Source of the DNA: Escherichia phage vB_EcoM_G5211 | Strand: one strand, 5' to 3' | Length of the DNA stretch: 64,000 bases | Sequence record: MK327947.1 | Position numbers and translations under genes: made by a program | Part shown: in pieces, positions 35,577-44,548 of the stretch | How positions within the stretch are numbered: the first letter of the stretch is position 1 | How the letters are laid out: each line of letters begins with the position of its first letter | The notes under the pieces: model-generated | What the model was told of the DNA's origin: nothing | Seen by the model: only the letters and a program-made list of their open reading frames with translations | Databases searched by the model: none

Positions 35577-35638
35577 CTTGATACTCCTTAGTTGTTTTGG
35601 TATGGGAGTATCTTACTACTCCCGTGATATGCTGTCAA
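35577..35638 (-). promoter_or_regulatory. early promoter plus stem-loop cassette (PeSL-like)
   Basis: TTGACA; stem GGGAGTA-tcttac-TACTCCC. Confidence 0.55.
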
Positions 35639-35646
35639 CTGCTTTT

Positions 35647-35796
35647 TTATGCAACCGCAAACATCAACATTTGAACATTCTTGGCTGTCTGGCTTTCAAA
35701 GTTCTGACATTCTTTGATAATGTCCTCTACTTTCTCGCCGGAGATCTCCGCGTAAGTTTCGATTGCCATTTTCAGTACCGCGTCAAAGTTGTTCAT
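35647..35796 (-). CDS. small early hypothetical protein (49 aa), not in the ORF track
   Basis: ATG after a cassette leader; translation MNNFDAVLKMAIETYAEISGEKVEDIIKECQNFESQTAKNVQMLMFAVA. Confidence 0.45.
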   Translation of the reverse strand: MNNFDAVLKMAIETYAEISGEKVEDIIKECQNFESQTAKNVQMLMFAVA

Positions 35797-35863
35797 TTGA
35801 TTCTCCTTAAAGTGTATTTCGTTTCGATGGGGGTATATTACTACCCCCGTTTCATGCTGTCAA
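35797..35863 (-). promoter_or_regulatory. early promoter plus stem-loop cassette (PeSL-like)
   Basis: TTGACA; stem GGGGGTA-tattac-TACCCCC. Confidence 0.55.
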
Positions 35864-36082
35864 CTACTTTTTAATGACAAGTTCGAATTTTGCTACCTTG
35901 CGTCCTCGTTTATTGAAAGCAACCCACGGACGGTTTTCAATGTAGAACAATTCTTCGCCAATAATGAATACTGGCTGATTGTAAAGGCGACCCATCAGGT
36001 CACGCTGGCGAATGGTAGTAGATTCGTATACTTCGCCTACTACAAAGTGCTTGCTGATAGAGTCGGTGCAAGTAAATTTCAT
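35864..36082 (-). CDS. small early hypothetical protein (72 aa)
   Basis: ATG behind a cassette. Confidence 0.55.
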   Translation of the reverse strand: MKFTCTDSISKHFVVGEVYESTTIRQRDLMGRLYNQPVFIIGEELFYIENRPWVAFNKRGRKVAKFELVIKK

Positions 36083-36146
36083 TTTGATTCTCCTTTGTTT
36101 CGTTTCGATGGGGGTATATTACTACCCCCCCGTTATTCAGTGTCAA
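36083..36146 (-). promoter_or_regulatory. early promoter plus stem-loop cassette (PeSL-like)
   Basis: TTGACA; stem GGGGGTA-tattac-TACCCCC. Confidence 0.55.
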
Positions 36147-36153
36147 CTACTTT

Positions 36154-36372
36154 TTACTTGTTGTATTCATTCCACCATTGGGTTAGCTTATCAATTATTT
36201 TTGTGTTTCTATCCAACTTCTCCCACCGTTTTCTAGGGTTTATCAACCGGAATAGGTAAGGTGTACTTGTTAAGTGAACTCGGTCAATGTAGTGATTGAT
36301 GTACTGCTTTTCGATTCTAAGTTTCATCTTTTTACGATGAAAATATGCAATGACTTGTTCTTCTGTTTCCAT
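36154..36372 (-). CDS. small early hypothetical protein (72 aa)
   Basis: ATG behind a cassette. Confidence 0.55.
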   Translation of the reverse strand: METEEQVIAYFHRKKMKLRIEKQYINHYIDRVHLTSTPYLFRLINPRKRWEKLDRNTKIIDKLTQWWNEYNK

Positions 36373-36425
36373 ATGTTCCTCCGTTTCGATGTGCGTATTA
36401 TGCTATGGCAAGATCAGATTGTCAA
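36373..36425 (-). promoter_or_regulatory. early promoter cassette (PeSL-like)
   Basis: TTGACA-17-CATAAT plus conserved leader. Confidence 0.55.
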
Positions 36426-36435
36426 CACCCAATAA

Positions 36436-36461
36436 CAAAAAAGTCGCCACTATGGGCGACT
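36436..36461 (-). terminator. intrinsic terminator (- strand)
   Basis: GUCGCC-cauagug-GGCGAC followed by U6. Confidence 0.5.
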
Positions 36462-36472
36462 TTGAACAAACA

Positions 36473-36949
36473 TTAATCATGACCGTGATTTGCAATATCC
36501 GCTCGCGTCTTATCTTTGTGATTTCCTACGTCAAAGACACGATAACCATTTTCACGCAAAACTTTAATCACTTCTGGGTTATCCTCAAAGACTCCGACAA
36601 CTTCATCTTTATCAAAGGATTTAATTACCTCTAATTTGATGTGATAGTCTTTACGGGAATCGGTACGGCCTCTCATAAAGATTTTATCAAAACACACCCC
36701 GTTAGAAATTAACCAATCAATTGTTTCCATGTAAGCATGTGAACTTCGTCCGGTGAGGATGTAAATCAAATGCCCGTTGTCGGAAAGAGCATTAATAACA
36801 CGAATTACATCGTAAATGGGGGAATCTCCCCCACATGCCTTGTTATATTCGATCCATGACTCGACTTTATCAAGATTTTCGGTTGGCATCTTTGCTAGTC
36901 GATGCGTTGGATCTGTGATCGTAAAATCTAAATCGACAAAATATATCAT
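36473..36949 (-). CDS. HAD-superfamily phosphatase (nucleotidase-like)
   Basis: FVDLDFTIT (DxDxT), ILTGRS and FEDN motifs; start overlaps the nrdB stop (ATGA). Confidence 0.65.
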   Translation of the reverse strand: MIYFVDLDFTITDPTHRLAKMPTENLDKVESWIEYNKACGGDSPIYDVIRVINALSDNGHLIYILTGRSSHAYMETIDWLISNGVCFDKIFMRGRTDSRKDYHIKLEVIKSFDKDEVVGVFEDNPEVIKVLRENGYRVFDVGNHKDKTRADIANHGHD

Positions 36950-38133
36950 AGATATTTCCCGAATCGGTTGTAGTCTTCGTCTGTTAAATCGGTATTAACC
37001 TGAGATACCAGATACATGATCTCTACTTCTTGCGCCGCGTTTTGAACTTCGTCAGAGTTTAACCACTTACGCATCCACGGTAAAGGATGACGACGAACAC
37101 TAAACGGGCTTTTCAGTCCGGCAGCACGCATACGGGAATCTGCCAGGTATTCTACATAGGTTTTCAGAATTTCCGGTGACAGGTTAGGAATTGCCCCCAT
37201 TGCGAATAGGTGGTCTACCCATTCTTTTTCTTGCTCGACAACATCCAGAAAGATTTTCGTTGCTTCGCCTTCAAGTTCTTCCGCAATCTGTTTCCACTCA
37301 TCACCATCAGCCCCCGTTTGCCATTGACGAATAATGTATTGTGTGCCTTTTAAGTGAAGTTGTTCATCACGCGCAATAAATTTCATGATCTTCGCGTTAC
37401 CTTCCAGTAAACCACGTTCGGCAAAGCTGAAAGTACATGCAAAGGACACATAAAAACGGATTGCTTCCAGTGCATTGACGCAGTGTACACACAGATAAAT
37501 CGAAGCCATCAGATCTCGTTTTGTATCTTCAAAAAATCTTCTTGCATCATCTAATTCTGTCTGATCGTCTCGTTCTTCCCAATAGTGGTGGAGAACTTCT
37601 TCTTCCCAATAGCGGAGATCTTCTTTTGCATTCTCATACTTACGAATCCAATAGAGAACATCATCATAATATTGCCCGATAGATTCCGCTCGCTTCATGA
37701 TAGCAGGGTTATCGATGATCTGGTCAAACTCACTAGCCGGATCAATAAAACAGTTACGCATAATGTGTGTATAGCTTCTGCTATGAATCGTTTCGCTGAA
37801 TGTCCATGTTTGCAACCATGTATCAAGAGTTGGATCAGATACAATTGGACCAAATACACGGGCTGGCGCTCTGCCTTGAATCGAATCTAGCAAAGTTTGA
37901 TAACGTAAGTTCTCGGTGAAGAAACGCTTTTCAACATCGCTCATATTCAGATATTGAATGCGGTCAGTTGCAAGTGAAATCTCTTCTGGACGCCAGAAAA
38001 ATGACAACTGCTTCTCGATCAACTCTTCAAATACTTGATGACGCTGAATATCATAACGGGCAATCCCTAAATCACTACCAAAAAACATCGGTTCGGTCAT
38101 AATATCAACATGTTCACGATTAAATACGCTCAT
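36946..38133 (-). CDS. nrdB: ribonucleotide reductase small subunit
   Basis: From the second codon ATG (MSVFNREH..); di-iron/tyrosyl-radical region ..FSFAERG..; continuous ORF with no intron. Confidence 0.9.
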   Translation of the reverse strand: MSVFNREHVDIMTEPMFFGSDLGIARYDIQRHQVFEELIEKQLSFFWRPEEISLATDRIQYLNMSDVEKRFFTENLRYQTLLDSIQGRAPARVFGPIVSDPTLDTWLQTWTFSETIHSRSYTHIMRNCFIDPASEFDQIIDNPAIMKRAESIGQYYDDVLYWIRKYENAKEDLRYWEEEVLHHYWEERDDQTELDDARRFFEDTKRDLMASIYLCVHCVNALEAIRFYVSFACTFSFAERGLLEGNAKIMKFIARDEQLHLKGTQYIIRQWQTGADGDEWKQIAEELEGEATKIFLDVVEQEKEWVDHLFAMGAIPNLSPEILKTYVEYLADSRMRAAGLKSPFSVRRHPLPWMRKWLNSDEVQNAAQEVEIMYLVSQVNTDLTDEDYNRFGKYL

Positions 38134-38135
38134 CA

Positions 38136-38675
38136 CTATTCTCCATCAATTTTGTTTATATTGTAGCCCATGTTGCCTTTTTCTATTTCTCTCAACGCAA
38201 CTGAATTAAACGCTCTTGCCGCATCTTGTTCGCTATCAAATCTCCCTATATGAACACTCTTTCCTTGTATATTAATATGAACTAGCCATCTATTTGTGTA
38301 CTTACACCAACTTACCCCGTTATATTTTGATGATGCACCTTTAAATTTAGTTCTGTTTCTATTATTGACAGAATAATCAGTACCTCGTAAATTTTCTATA
38401 TGATTGTTCAGCTTGTTTCGGTCGATGTGATCTATAACTTTAGGCTTATGCCCGTGAAACATATGATAAATCACATGATGTATTAACTTCTTTCTATTGT
38501 CTACTGTTAGTTGAAGATATCCCCCATTATGTGGACTTCCAACCTCATCACCAACTTTAACTTTATTGCTTGTTGAAACCTTTCTGAAAAGTTTACCATC
38601 TTCGTATTTAAATAGATAATGATACCTTTCGTAAAGTATTCGGTCCTCTTCCGTATAATGTATTACCTCATACAT
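38136..38675 (-). CDS. HNH homing endonuclease with AP2-like DNA-binding domain (mobE-like position between nrdA and nrdB)
   Basis: HNH motif ..IDHIDRNKLNNHIENLR..; AP2-like SSKYNGVSW..KSVHIGRFDSEQDAARAF. Confidence 0.75.
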   Translation of the reverse strand: MYEVIHYTEEDRILYERYHYLFKYEDGKLFRKVSTSNKVKVGDEVGSPHNGGYLQLTVDNRKKLIHHVIYHMFHGHKPKVIDHIDRNKLNNHIENLRGTDYSVNNRNRTKFKGASSKYNGVSWCKYTNRWLVHINIQGKSVHIGRFDSEQDAARAFNSVALREIEKGNMGYNINKIDGE

Positions 38676-38685
38676 AATATTTTAC

Positions 38686-38853
38686 TCACTTTTTAACACA
38701 AAATAACTTAGTATTTCTGTTTACTTCGCTATCCCGCTGCAATTCCTGCACAGCTTCAAAACAATTTTGATATGATGAAAACTCTACGCTGGTAACAGTT
38801 CCTTTATTATATACGCCTACGCTAACGGAAAGCAATAACCATAATGTAGCCAT
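38686..38853 (-). CDS. small protein with hydrophobic N-terminus (55 aa), tandem paralog 1; not in the ORF track
   Basis: MATLWLLLSVSVGVYNKGTVTSVEFSSYQNCFEAVQELQRDSEVNRNTKLFCVKK; start overlaps the paralog stop (TAATG). Confidence 0.45.
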   Translation of the reverse strand: MATLWLLLSVSVGVYNKGTVTSVEFSSYQNCFEAVQELQRDSEVNRNTKLFCVKK

Positions 38854-39026
38854 TAGTTCACCTTTTGTTTTTCAACGCAATATAGATTCATAAAGCGTTT
38901 ATTGTCTTCGCTGATAATCTCGCGAGCTTTAACGCAATCCTGCTTTGTTGCAAACTCAATGCTTGACATATTTCCGTAATTATACATTGAATTGCTTATT
39001 GCAATCAATAACCATACAGTAGCCAT
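38853..39026 (-). CDS. small protein with hydrophobic N-terminus (57 aa), tandem paralog 2; not in the ORF track
   Basis: MATVWLLIAISNSMYNYGNMSSIEFATKQDCVKAREIISEDNKRFMNLYCVEKQKVN. Confidence 0.45.
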   Translation of the reverse strand: MATVWLLIAISNSMYNYGNMSSIEFATKQDCVKAREIISEDNKRFMNLYCVEKQKVN

Positions 39027-39193
39027 TATCCGACAACCTCAAAACATTTATCATCAGGAAGAATCGCCCATTCTACACCGTATTCATCCTCGACGTAGTA
39101 GCAAGTCCCATCATGTCGAGCATCATATTCATCACCAACAACAAAGCTATCAGCTAGTTCAAAATCTACAGCAACACATTTTAATTTGGTCAT
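39026..39193 (-). CDS. small early hypothetical protein (55 aa from internal ATG)
   Basis: ATG directly after a cassette leader; CxxxxC-rich. Confidence 0.5.
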   Translation of the reverse strand: MTKLKCVAVDFELADSFVVGDEYDARHDGTCYYVEDEYGVEWAILPDDKCFEVVG

Positions 39194-39253
39194 AATAAAA
39201 TCCTCACTTGTTTTTGATGGTTGTATTATAGCGGGGATTTCTCCCCGCGTCAA
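39194..39253 (-). promoter_or_regulatory. early promoter plus stem-loop cassette (PeSL-like)
   Basis: TTGACG-17-TATAAT with GCGGGGA-tttc-TCCCCGC palindrome. Confidence 0.6.
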
Positions 39254-39261
39254 CACTTATT

Positions 39262-41505
39262 TTACAGCTTGCAAGATGAGCACTCGCTAGCGTCTTCCGT
39301 ACCATCTGCACCGTCGCGAACGTTCGCATAATACAGGGTTTTCAGACCGTAATATTGAGCAAACAACATATCATCTAATACATCAGCAATATCGACTTTA
39401 CCAGTCTTATAAGTGCTTGGATCGTAGGATGTGTTGGAACTAATCGCCTGATCTACAAACTTCTGCATGATCGCTGCCAGTGTCAGATAAGGCTTGTTAC
39501 CTTTCTTGATCAGTGTCCAAAGCAGGTCAATAACATCAGCATTATTCTCTACGTTCGGAATAACCTGATTAAATTGCCCTTCTTTCGATCCTTTAACCGA
39601 TACAATACCGCGAGGCGGTTCAATACCGTTTGTGCTGTTAGATACCTGAGAAGACGACTCACAAGGCATCAGCGCCGACAGTGTACTGTTACGAATGCCA
39701 TATTTTTTCAGGTCTTCGCGCAGTTCTTCCCAATCCATCTCATACACCGGATCAACCAGTTCATCTACTGTCTTTTTGTACCAGTCGATAGGAAGTTCAC
39801 CGCGACCATAGCGTGTTTCGTGCATCAGTTCGCAAGCACCCTTCTCTTTAGCCAGTCGCACACTAGCCTTAATCAGAGCATATTGCAAGCGTTCAAACGT
39901 TTTATGCGTAAACTCGTTAGCGTCTTCATATGTGAAGAAATTATCTGCTAGATATGATGCAAAGTTAGTAACACCAACACCCAGAGAGCGACGTTTTTTG
40001 GCTGTCAGAGCTTGTTCTACAGGATAATCCTGATAATCTAACAGGTTGTCAAGTGCACGCACCATAACCATAGCAATGCGTTCTACTTCTTCCATATTTT
40101 CGATATCGAAATTACCTAAAACATATGCTGCCAAAGTACATAGGCTAATTTCTGAATCATCACGCCCCATCGGTTTTGTTGGCAGAGCAATTTCACAACA
40201 CAAGTTAGATTGTTTAATCGGTGCTACATTACGAATAAACGCCCCGTGATTGTTCATGTTGTCTGTGAACGTTGGGTAGATTCGACCAGTGTTAAAACGT
40301 TCAATTGCCACCGCTAAAAACAGGTCTTCGGCTTTAACACGAGTTTTACGAACACTCGGATCTTTTTCCAGTTTTTCGTAAAGCTGGCGGAAACCTTCCT
40401 CATCTCGGAAGTATAGATCCCACAACAAGCCACCCGCAACATCTGGACTAAACAGAGTAATGTAATCCCGTTTAAGGAATCGCTCTACCATCAGGTTATT
40501 AATCTGTACGCCGTAGTCAAGATGGCGAATGCGGTTATCTTCCACGCCCTTATTGTTCTTTAACACAATCAGACTTTCAAACTCTAAATGCCACATTGGG
40601 TAATAGAGAGTCGCCGCCCCGCCACGAATGCCGCCTTGTGAGCATGACTTAACGGCAGTCTGAAAATGTTTCCAGAATGGGATAACGCCAGTATGACGAA
40701 CTTCACCATGCCCGATCTTAGATCCTTCCGCGCGAATCATGCCAGCGTTGATACCGATACCAGCACGCTTGCTAATATACTTGATGATTGCATTTGCTGT
40801 TTCGTTGATGCCCTGCAATGAGTCATCACTTTCAATCACCACACACGAACTAAATTGGCGTGTTGGGGTACGCACACCTGCCATAATCGGAGTAGGCAGA
40901 GAGATTTGCTTATTCGCAACAGCATTATAAAAATCAATCACATGTTCAAGTCGATTTTCTGTCTCTTCTTGATGCAAGCACATACCGATCAGCATATACG
41001 CAAATTGCGGTGTTTCGATGATTTTCTTAGTGCTGCGATCCTGAACAAGATATTTCTCTTTTAACTGCATCGCACCAGCATAGGTCATTTTAAAATCAAG
41101 TTTATGGTCGATGAATTTCTCCAGATATTCCACTTCTTCACGGGAATACTTTTGCAGAATTTCGCGATCATATTTTCCGGTTGCAATATTACGCTCAATA
41201 TGGCTGTAAAAATCAATCGGTTGGAATTGACCGTATACTGATTTGCGAAGCGCGAACATTGCAAGGTTACTTGCTACATATTGATAATCGGGCGTTTCTA
41301 CCGTGATGTTATCTGCGGCGACCTTAATCAATACTTTCTGGATATCATTGGTAGACATACCTTCTGTCAGAAGTGGTTCAACCATATCAAACAATTCATA
41401 TGGATCAACGTTATGACCTTCGGCTGCCGCTTCCAGAATTTTCATTACTTTTTCTTTTTCAAACGGAACAGTCAGACCGGAAGACTTAACAACATTTTTA
41501 ATCAT
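39262..41505 (-). CDS. nrdA: ribonucleotide reductase large subunit
   Basis: 747 aa; ATP-cone N-terminus; catalytic-site motifs (..NLCCEI.., ..CESSSQV..); C-terminal CSSCKL. Confidence 0.9.
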   Translation of the reverse strand: MIKNVVKSSGLTVPFEKEKVMKILEAAAEGHNVDPYELFDMVEPLLTEGMSTNDIQKVLIKVAADNITVETPDYQYVASNLAMFALRKSVYGQFQPIDFYSHIERNIATGKYDREILQKYSREEVEYLEKFIDHKLDFKMTYAGAMQLKEKYLVQDRSTKKIIETPQFAYMLIGMCLHQEETENRLEHVIDFYNAVANKQISLPTPIMAGVRTPTRQFSSCVVIESDDSLQGINETANAIIKYISKRAGIGINAGMIRAEGSKIGHGEVRHTGVIPFWKHFQTAVKSCSQGGIRGGAATLYYPMWHLEFESLIVLKNNKGVEDNRIRHLDYGVQINNLMVERFLKRDYITLFSPDVAGGLLWDLYFRDEEGFRQLYEKLEKDPSVRKTRVKAEDLFLAVAIERFNTGRIYPTFTDNMNNHGAFIRNVAPIKQSNLCCEIALPTKPMGRDDSEISLCTLAAYVLGNFDIENMEEVERIAMVMVRALDNLLDYQDYPVEQALTAKKRRSLGVGVTNFASYLADNFFTYEDANEFTHKTFERLQYALIKASVRLAKEKGACELMHETRYGRGELPIDWYKKTVDELVDPVYEMDWEELREDLKKYGIRNSTLSALMPCESSSQVSNSTNGIEPPRGIVSVKGSKEGQFNQVIPNVENNADVIDLLWTLIKKGNKPYLTLAAIMQKFVDQAISSNTSYDPSTYKTGKVDIADVLDDMLFAQYYGLKTLYYANVRDGADGTEDASECSSCKL

Positions 41506-41552
41506 ATTACCTCACTTCATATTTTAGCAGGAACAAGTTTATCCTCCATATT

Positions 41553-41577
41553 GGGGGCTTTCGCCCCCCTTTTTTTT
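41553..41577 (+). terminator. antisense-oriented intrinsic terminator (GNRA-type hairpin plus T9) between td and nrdA
   Basis: On the + strand GGGGGC-tttc-GCCCCC followed by nine T; local genes are on the - strand. Confidence 0.45.
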
Positions 41578-42796
41578 ATACTGCCATTTGAGCGGTGATC
41601 GCTGGATGGCTTTGATAGTTGTGAATTTTAAAGTCTTTAGGAGTTTTTGTCAATACCTCATCTAAAGATTTAAATTCCGGCAACTCAATTGTTGGTTTAT
41701 CAAACGGAACACGGCTTAACTGTTCCATAACTTGGTCAAAATGGTTTTTGTAAATGTGAGTATCTCCACCAGAGAAAATCAGTTCTCCTACCTCAAGATC
41801 ACACATTTTCGCTATGATGTGAGTTAACAGCGCATAGCTGGCGACGTTAAAGGGCAAGCCCAAAAAGCTGTCTACGCTTCGCTGAAACCACATACAAGAC
41901 AATTTACCTTCATTGACATAGAATTGCACGAAAGGATGACATACACCTAATACAGCATTATGTGTTCCTTGTACGTTCCATGAGTCAATAATGATCCGGC
42001 GATCCGTTGGATTGTTTTTAATTTGTTCAATCACGTTTTGTAACTGGTCTTCCCAAATCTTCGGGCGATAGACATATTCTTCATCGTCTTTAGTGCTTGA
42101 TGTGTCTACGTCCATACTAACAAACATCGTGGTATCCGGTGCTATAATATCCCCACCCAGATAATCACTATCAAGCAGATAACCGAAATAACCATCATCT
42201 ACCCATTCCTGGAATCCCCACAAGCAATATGCATCATTAACAAAATTAGATTGAGTCTTCCAGTGGTCTGCTACCAGAATATAATCAAACTCTTCATAAC
42301 GCATACCACGCCAGATAGCACATAAACGGTCTTCTGTGTCATTGGTTGGCGTAAAGTCTTCTACCCACGGGTGCTTAAATGTATGTGTATATTTGCTCTT
42401 AACGCGCTTAATTTTGATTTCACCATGTGGATGAATCGGTTTGCGTCGCCACGCCATACCATACATATTGCCGACATTATAACCATTGAATCGCAAGGGA
42501 TTCTTTTCTTTCATATCAAGACAGTTGCCGCGCCAAATATCAAAGGCTTCCTCGTCAAACTTGCCTCGTGTAATTTCCTGTAAGCGACGGCGGTCAAGTG
42601 ATCCCTCCATAAACCATAGCAATTCGCCAATTACAGAGGCTGTAGCCATCTTTTTAGTGGTAAGTAAGGGGAAACCCTTGCTTAAGTCAATTCGCATCTC
42701 TGCGCCGAATTTAGATAGCGTACCTACCCCCGTGCGGTCTTCACGAGGCCAGCCATTATCAAGAACATCATGCAACAGTTTCAAATATTCTTTCAT
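41576..42796 (-). CDS. td: thymidylate synthase with ~120-aa in-frame insertion
   Basis: TS hallmarks DRTGVGT, CHPFVQFYV..GKLSC..FQRSVDSFLGLPFNVASYALL; 406 aa versus ~265-286 aa for typical TS; continuous ORF with no intron. Confidence 0.85.
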   Translation of the reverse strand: MKEYLKLLHDVLDNGWPREDRTGVGTLSKFGAEMRIDLSKGFPLLTTKKMATASVIGELLWFMEGSLDRRRLQEITRGKFDEEAFDIWRGNCLDMKEKNPLRFNGYNVGNMYGMAWRRKPIHPHGEIKIKRVKSKYTHTFKHPWVEDFTPTNDTEDRLCAIWRGMRYEEFDYILVADHWKTQSNFVNDAYCLWGFQEWVDDGYFGYLLDSDYLGGDIIAPDTTMFVSMDVDTSSTKDDEEYVYRPKIWEDQLQNVIEQIKNNPTDRRIIIDSWNVQGTHNAVLGVCHPFVQFYVNEGKLSCMWFQRSVDSFLGLPFNVASYALLTHIIAKMCDLEVGELIFSGGDTHIYKNHFDQVMEQLSRVPFDKPTIELPEFKSLDEVLTKTPKDFKIHNYQSHPAITAQMAV

Positions 42797-43037
42797 CCCA
42801 CATCACCTTTTTCTTATTGATTGCTTTCTTACGCAGTTTTGCTACTGTCTCGTCAATATCGATAAAGACAACTCCACGGTCGAATATAGTAGCAGGTCTT
42901 GAGATATCGCTATTTTCCTGTACTGGAAGCCATGATGCGCTCGCTTCATCATAGAGATATTGTAAACCGTAATAATCTACGGCTACTGCGTAGTTTTCAC
43001 TGGTAGCTGACCATAATTGAATAATACCGACTTTCAT
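42768..43037 (-). CDS. hypothetical protein (89 aa from internal ATG) between frd and td
   Basis: The track ORF starts at GTG 43064; the internal ATG overlaps the stop of a 30-aa mini-ORF. Confidence 0.5.
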   Translation of the reverse strand: MKVGIIQLWSATSENYAVAVDYYGLQYLYDEASASWLPVQENSDISRPATIFDRGVVFIDIDETVAKLRKKAINKKKVMWDERIFETVA

Positions 43038-43129
43038 TATTGTTCCCGTCCGCAATGTAAACACCGACTACCAGCAAACATCAAAGATTCACCACAATGT
43101 TTGCACTCATAATCTGTCAGAATTTTCAT
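43037..43129 (-). CDS. 30-aa zinc-ribbon mini-ORF
   Basis: MKILTDYECKHCGESLMFAGSRCLHCGREQ; sits between the frd stop and the next ATG with 1-nt overlaps. Confidence 0.3.
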   Translation of the reverse strand: MKILTDYECKHCGESLMFAGSRCLHCGREQ

Positions 43130-43130
43130 G

Positions 43131-43700
43131 TTACGCCTTCTTACGTTCTAAAATTTGTTCGCTGATCAGGTAATCATCAAGGAAGTAATTATGTTCTTCT
43201 TTTGTTGCAAAGTCAAAATATAATTCCTGAATCATTTCCTTAGAGATGCCAACATCATATTCAAACGGATCATTAATTCCTGATCGTTGAACATACGTTA
43301 ACACAATACGGTCCGCAAAGTCAACTGCTTTTTCAATCAGGGAAGGTCCGCCAATAACGCTTACCAAACCTTGCGTTTTCTCTAGGGCTTTTAACAGATC
43401 CTTCAATTCAATTCCAGTATACACATCAGGTTGGTCGCCGTTTTTAGCTTTCGGTTCTGGCTTGCTGGTATCGGTGCTAATAACCACATTCAAACGTCCC
43501 CAAAGTGCTTTAGGCAGACTTTCAAAGGTATTACGTCCCATTACTACCGCAGCAAAATCAACCTCGCCAATAGTGCGGATTTTAAAGTTTTCCATATCTT
43601 TTTTGATTGGACGCCCCCACGGTAAACCGCCTTTAAAACCAAAAGCCCAATTTTCATCCGACATTTTAGTGTCACCAATCGCAAATACACATTGAATCAT
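43131..43700 (-). CDS. frd: dihydrofolate reductase
   Basis: 189 aa; ..GLPWGRPIKKD.. and ..VIGGPSLIE.. DHFR motifs; TAGGAGA RBS. Confidence 0.85.
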   Translation of the reverse strand: MIQCVFAIGDTKMSDENWAFGFKGGLPWGRPIKKDMENFKIRTIGEVDFAAVVMGRNTFESLPKALWGRLNVVISTDTSKPEPKAKNGDQPDVYTGIELKDLLKALEKTQGLVSVIGGPSLIEKAVDFADRIVLTYVQRSGINDPFEYDVGISKEMIQELYFDFATKEEHNYFLDDYLISEQILERKKA

Positions 43701-43715
43701 AATATAAATCTCCTA

Positions 43716-44045
43716 TCAAATCAGTTTAAAGAAGTTTTCGTTTACATTTTCTTCTGTGATTGCTGTCTTAAATTCTTGACCGTTATCCGGTGTGATGAAA
43801 TAACGGTCAGAATAATCACGAAAACGTTTTAAGTGAGATACCCCAACATTAACACCATTTTCCCAAAAACGAAAGGTAATCATTTTTGGTTCATATCGAT
43901 AGTCGCTGGTTAACACAGTACCATCACCACGACGGGCTTCATAAACCGTAATACATTCACGATTAGCGGCTTTAAGGCATTCTTCAATAGTGCCGCACGA
44001 GATAATACTTACTTTTTCATCTACGATTTGTTCTACAGTCCACAT
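43716..44045 (-). CDS. early hypothetical protein (109 aa; frd.1 position)
   Basis: ATG behind a cassette. Confidence 0.6.
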   Translation of the reverse strand: MWTVEQIVDEKVSIISCGTIEECLKAANRECITVYEARRGDGTVLTSDYRYEPKMITFRFWENGVNVGVSHLKRFRDYSDRYFITPDNGQEFKTAITEENVNENFFKLI

Positions 44046-44104
44046 AATATAATCCTCTCTTTGTTTTGATGTTTGTATTATACACTATTGCGTTACGCTG
44101 TCAA
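44046..44104 (-). promoter_or_regulatory. early promoter cassette (PeSL-like)
   Basis: TTGACA-16-TATAAT on the - strand. Confidence 0.5.
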
Positions 44105-44430
44105 CCTTTTTGTTCCATGAAAAGCGGTGCTGTTTCTTCTTTCAGTTTAATAACTAGCGCGGAAACTTCATCAAGAAAATCTTTTTCCATATGAGCAAGC
44201 ATTGATTTAGAATCTTTGATGACTTTCAAAGAATATTCACTTAGATTTCCTTGTCCTAACAATAATGCAGGATACACACTATGTGGGATCTCGATTTCAT
44301 GATATTCGCTCATATTATAATATTTGTGAATTTTTAAATCTATATTTCTTCGTTGTACGTCCACATCAGCAATGACATACAGAAGTTCGATTTTATCACT
44401 TTTCTGGGAAAGGGTAGCATTCAAAAACAT
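44101..44430 (-). CDS. early hypothetical protein (109 aa)
   Basis: ATG behind a cassette. Confidence 0.6.
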   Translation of the reverse strand: MFLNATLSQKSDKIELLYVIADVDVQRRNIDLKIHKYYNMSEYHEIEIPHSVYPALLLGQGNLSEYSLKVIKDSKSMLAHMEKDFLDEVSALVIKLKEETAPLFMEQKG

Positions 44431-44488
44431 TGTTAATCCTCCGTTGTTTCGATGAGTTCATTATACATTACCTCGCCAACATGTCAAT
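44431..44488 (-). promoter_or_regulatory. early promoter ATTGACA-17-TATAAT
   Basis: Consensus hexamers on the - strand followed by GGAGG RBS. Confidence 0.55.
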
Positions 44489-44513
44489 ACATTTTCATAA
44501 AATTTTAGGCAAT

Positions 44514-44537
44514 AAAAAAGCCTCCCCGAAGGAAGGC
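44514..44537 (-). terminator. intrinsic terminator (UUCG tetraloop) after gene 32
   Basis: GCCUUCC-UUCG-GGGAGGC followed by U6 on the - strand. Confidence 0.6.
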
Positions 44538-44548
44538 TTTAAAATTCA

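Noticed and set aside
38853-39026. Apparent frameshift in the second tandem small signal-peptide ORF
   Set aside because: A first reading suggested an extra C near 38940. Re-reading the sequence against ORF-track coordinates (ORFs 38992..39195 and 39026..39256) showed the ORF is intact (57 aa); the frameshift was a reading error.
36946-42796. Group I introns in nrdB or td, as in T4
   Set aside because: Both genes are continuous ORFs. The td length excess is an in-frame protein insertion with no stop codons or endonuclease ORF; intron status is left to RT-PCR.
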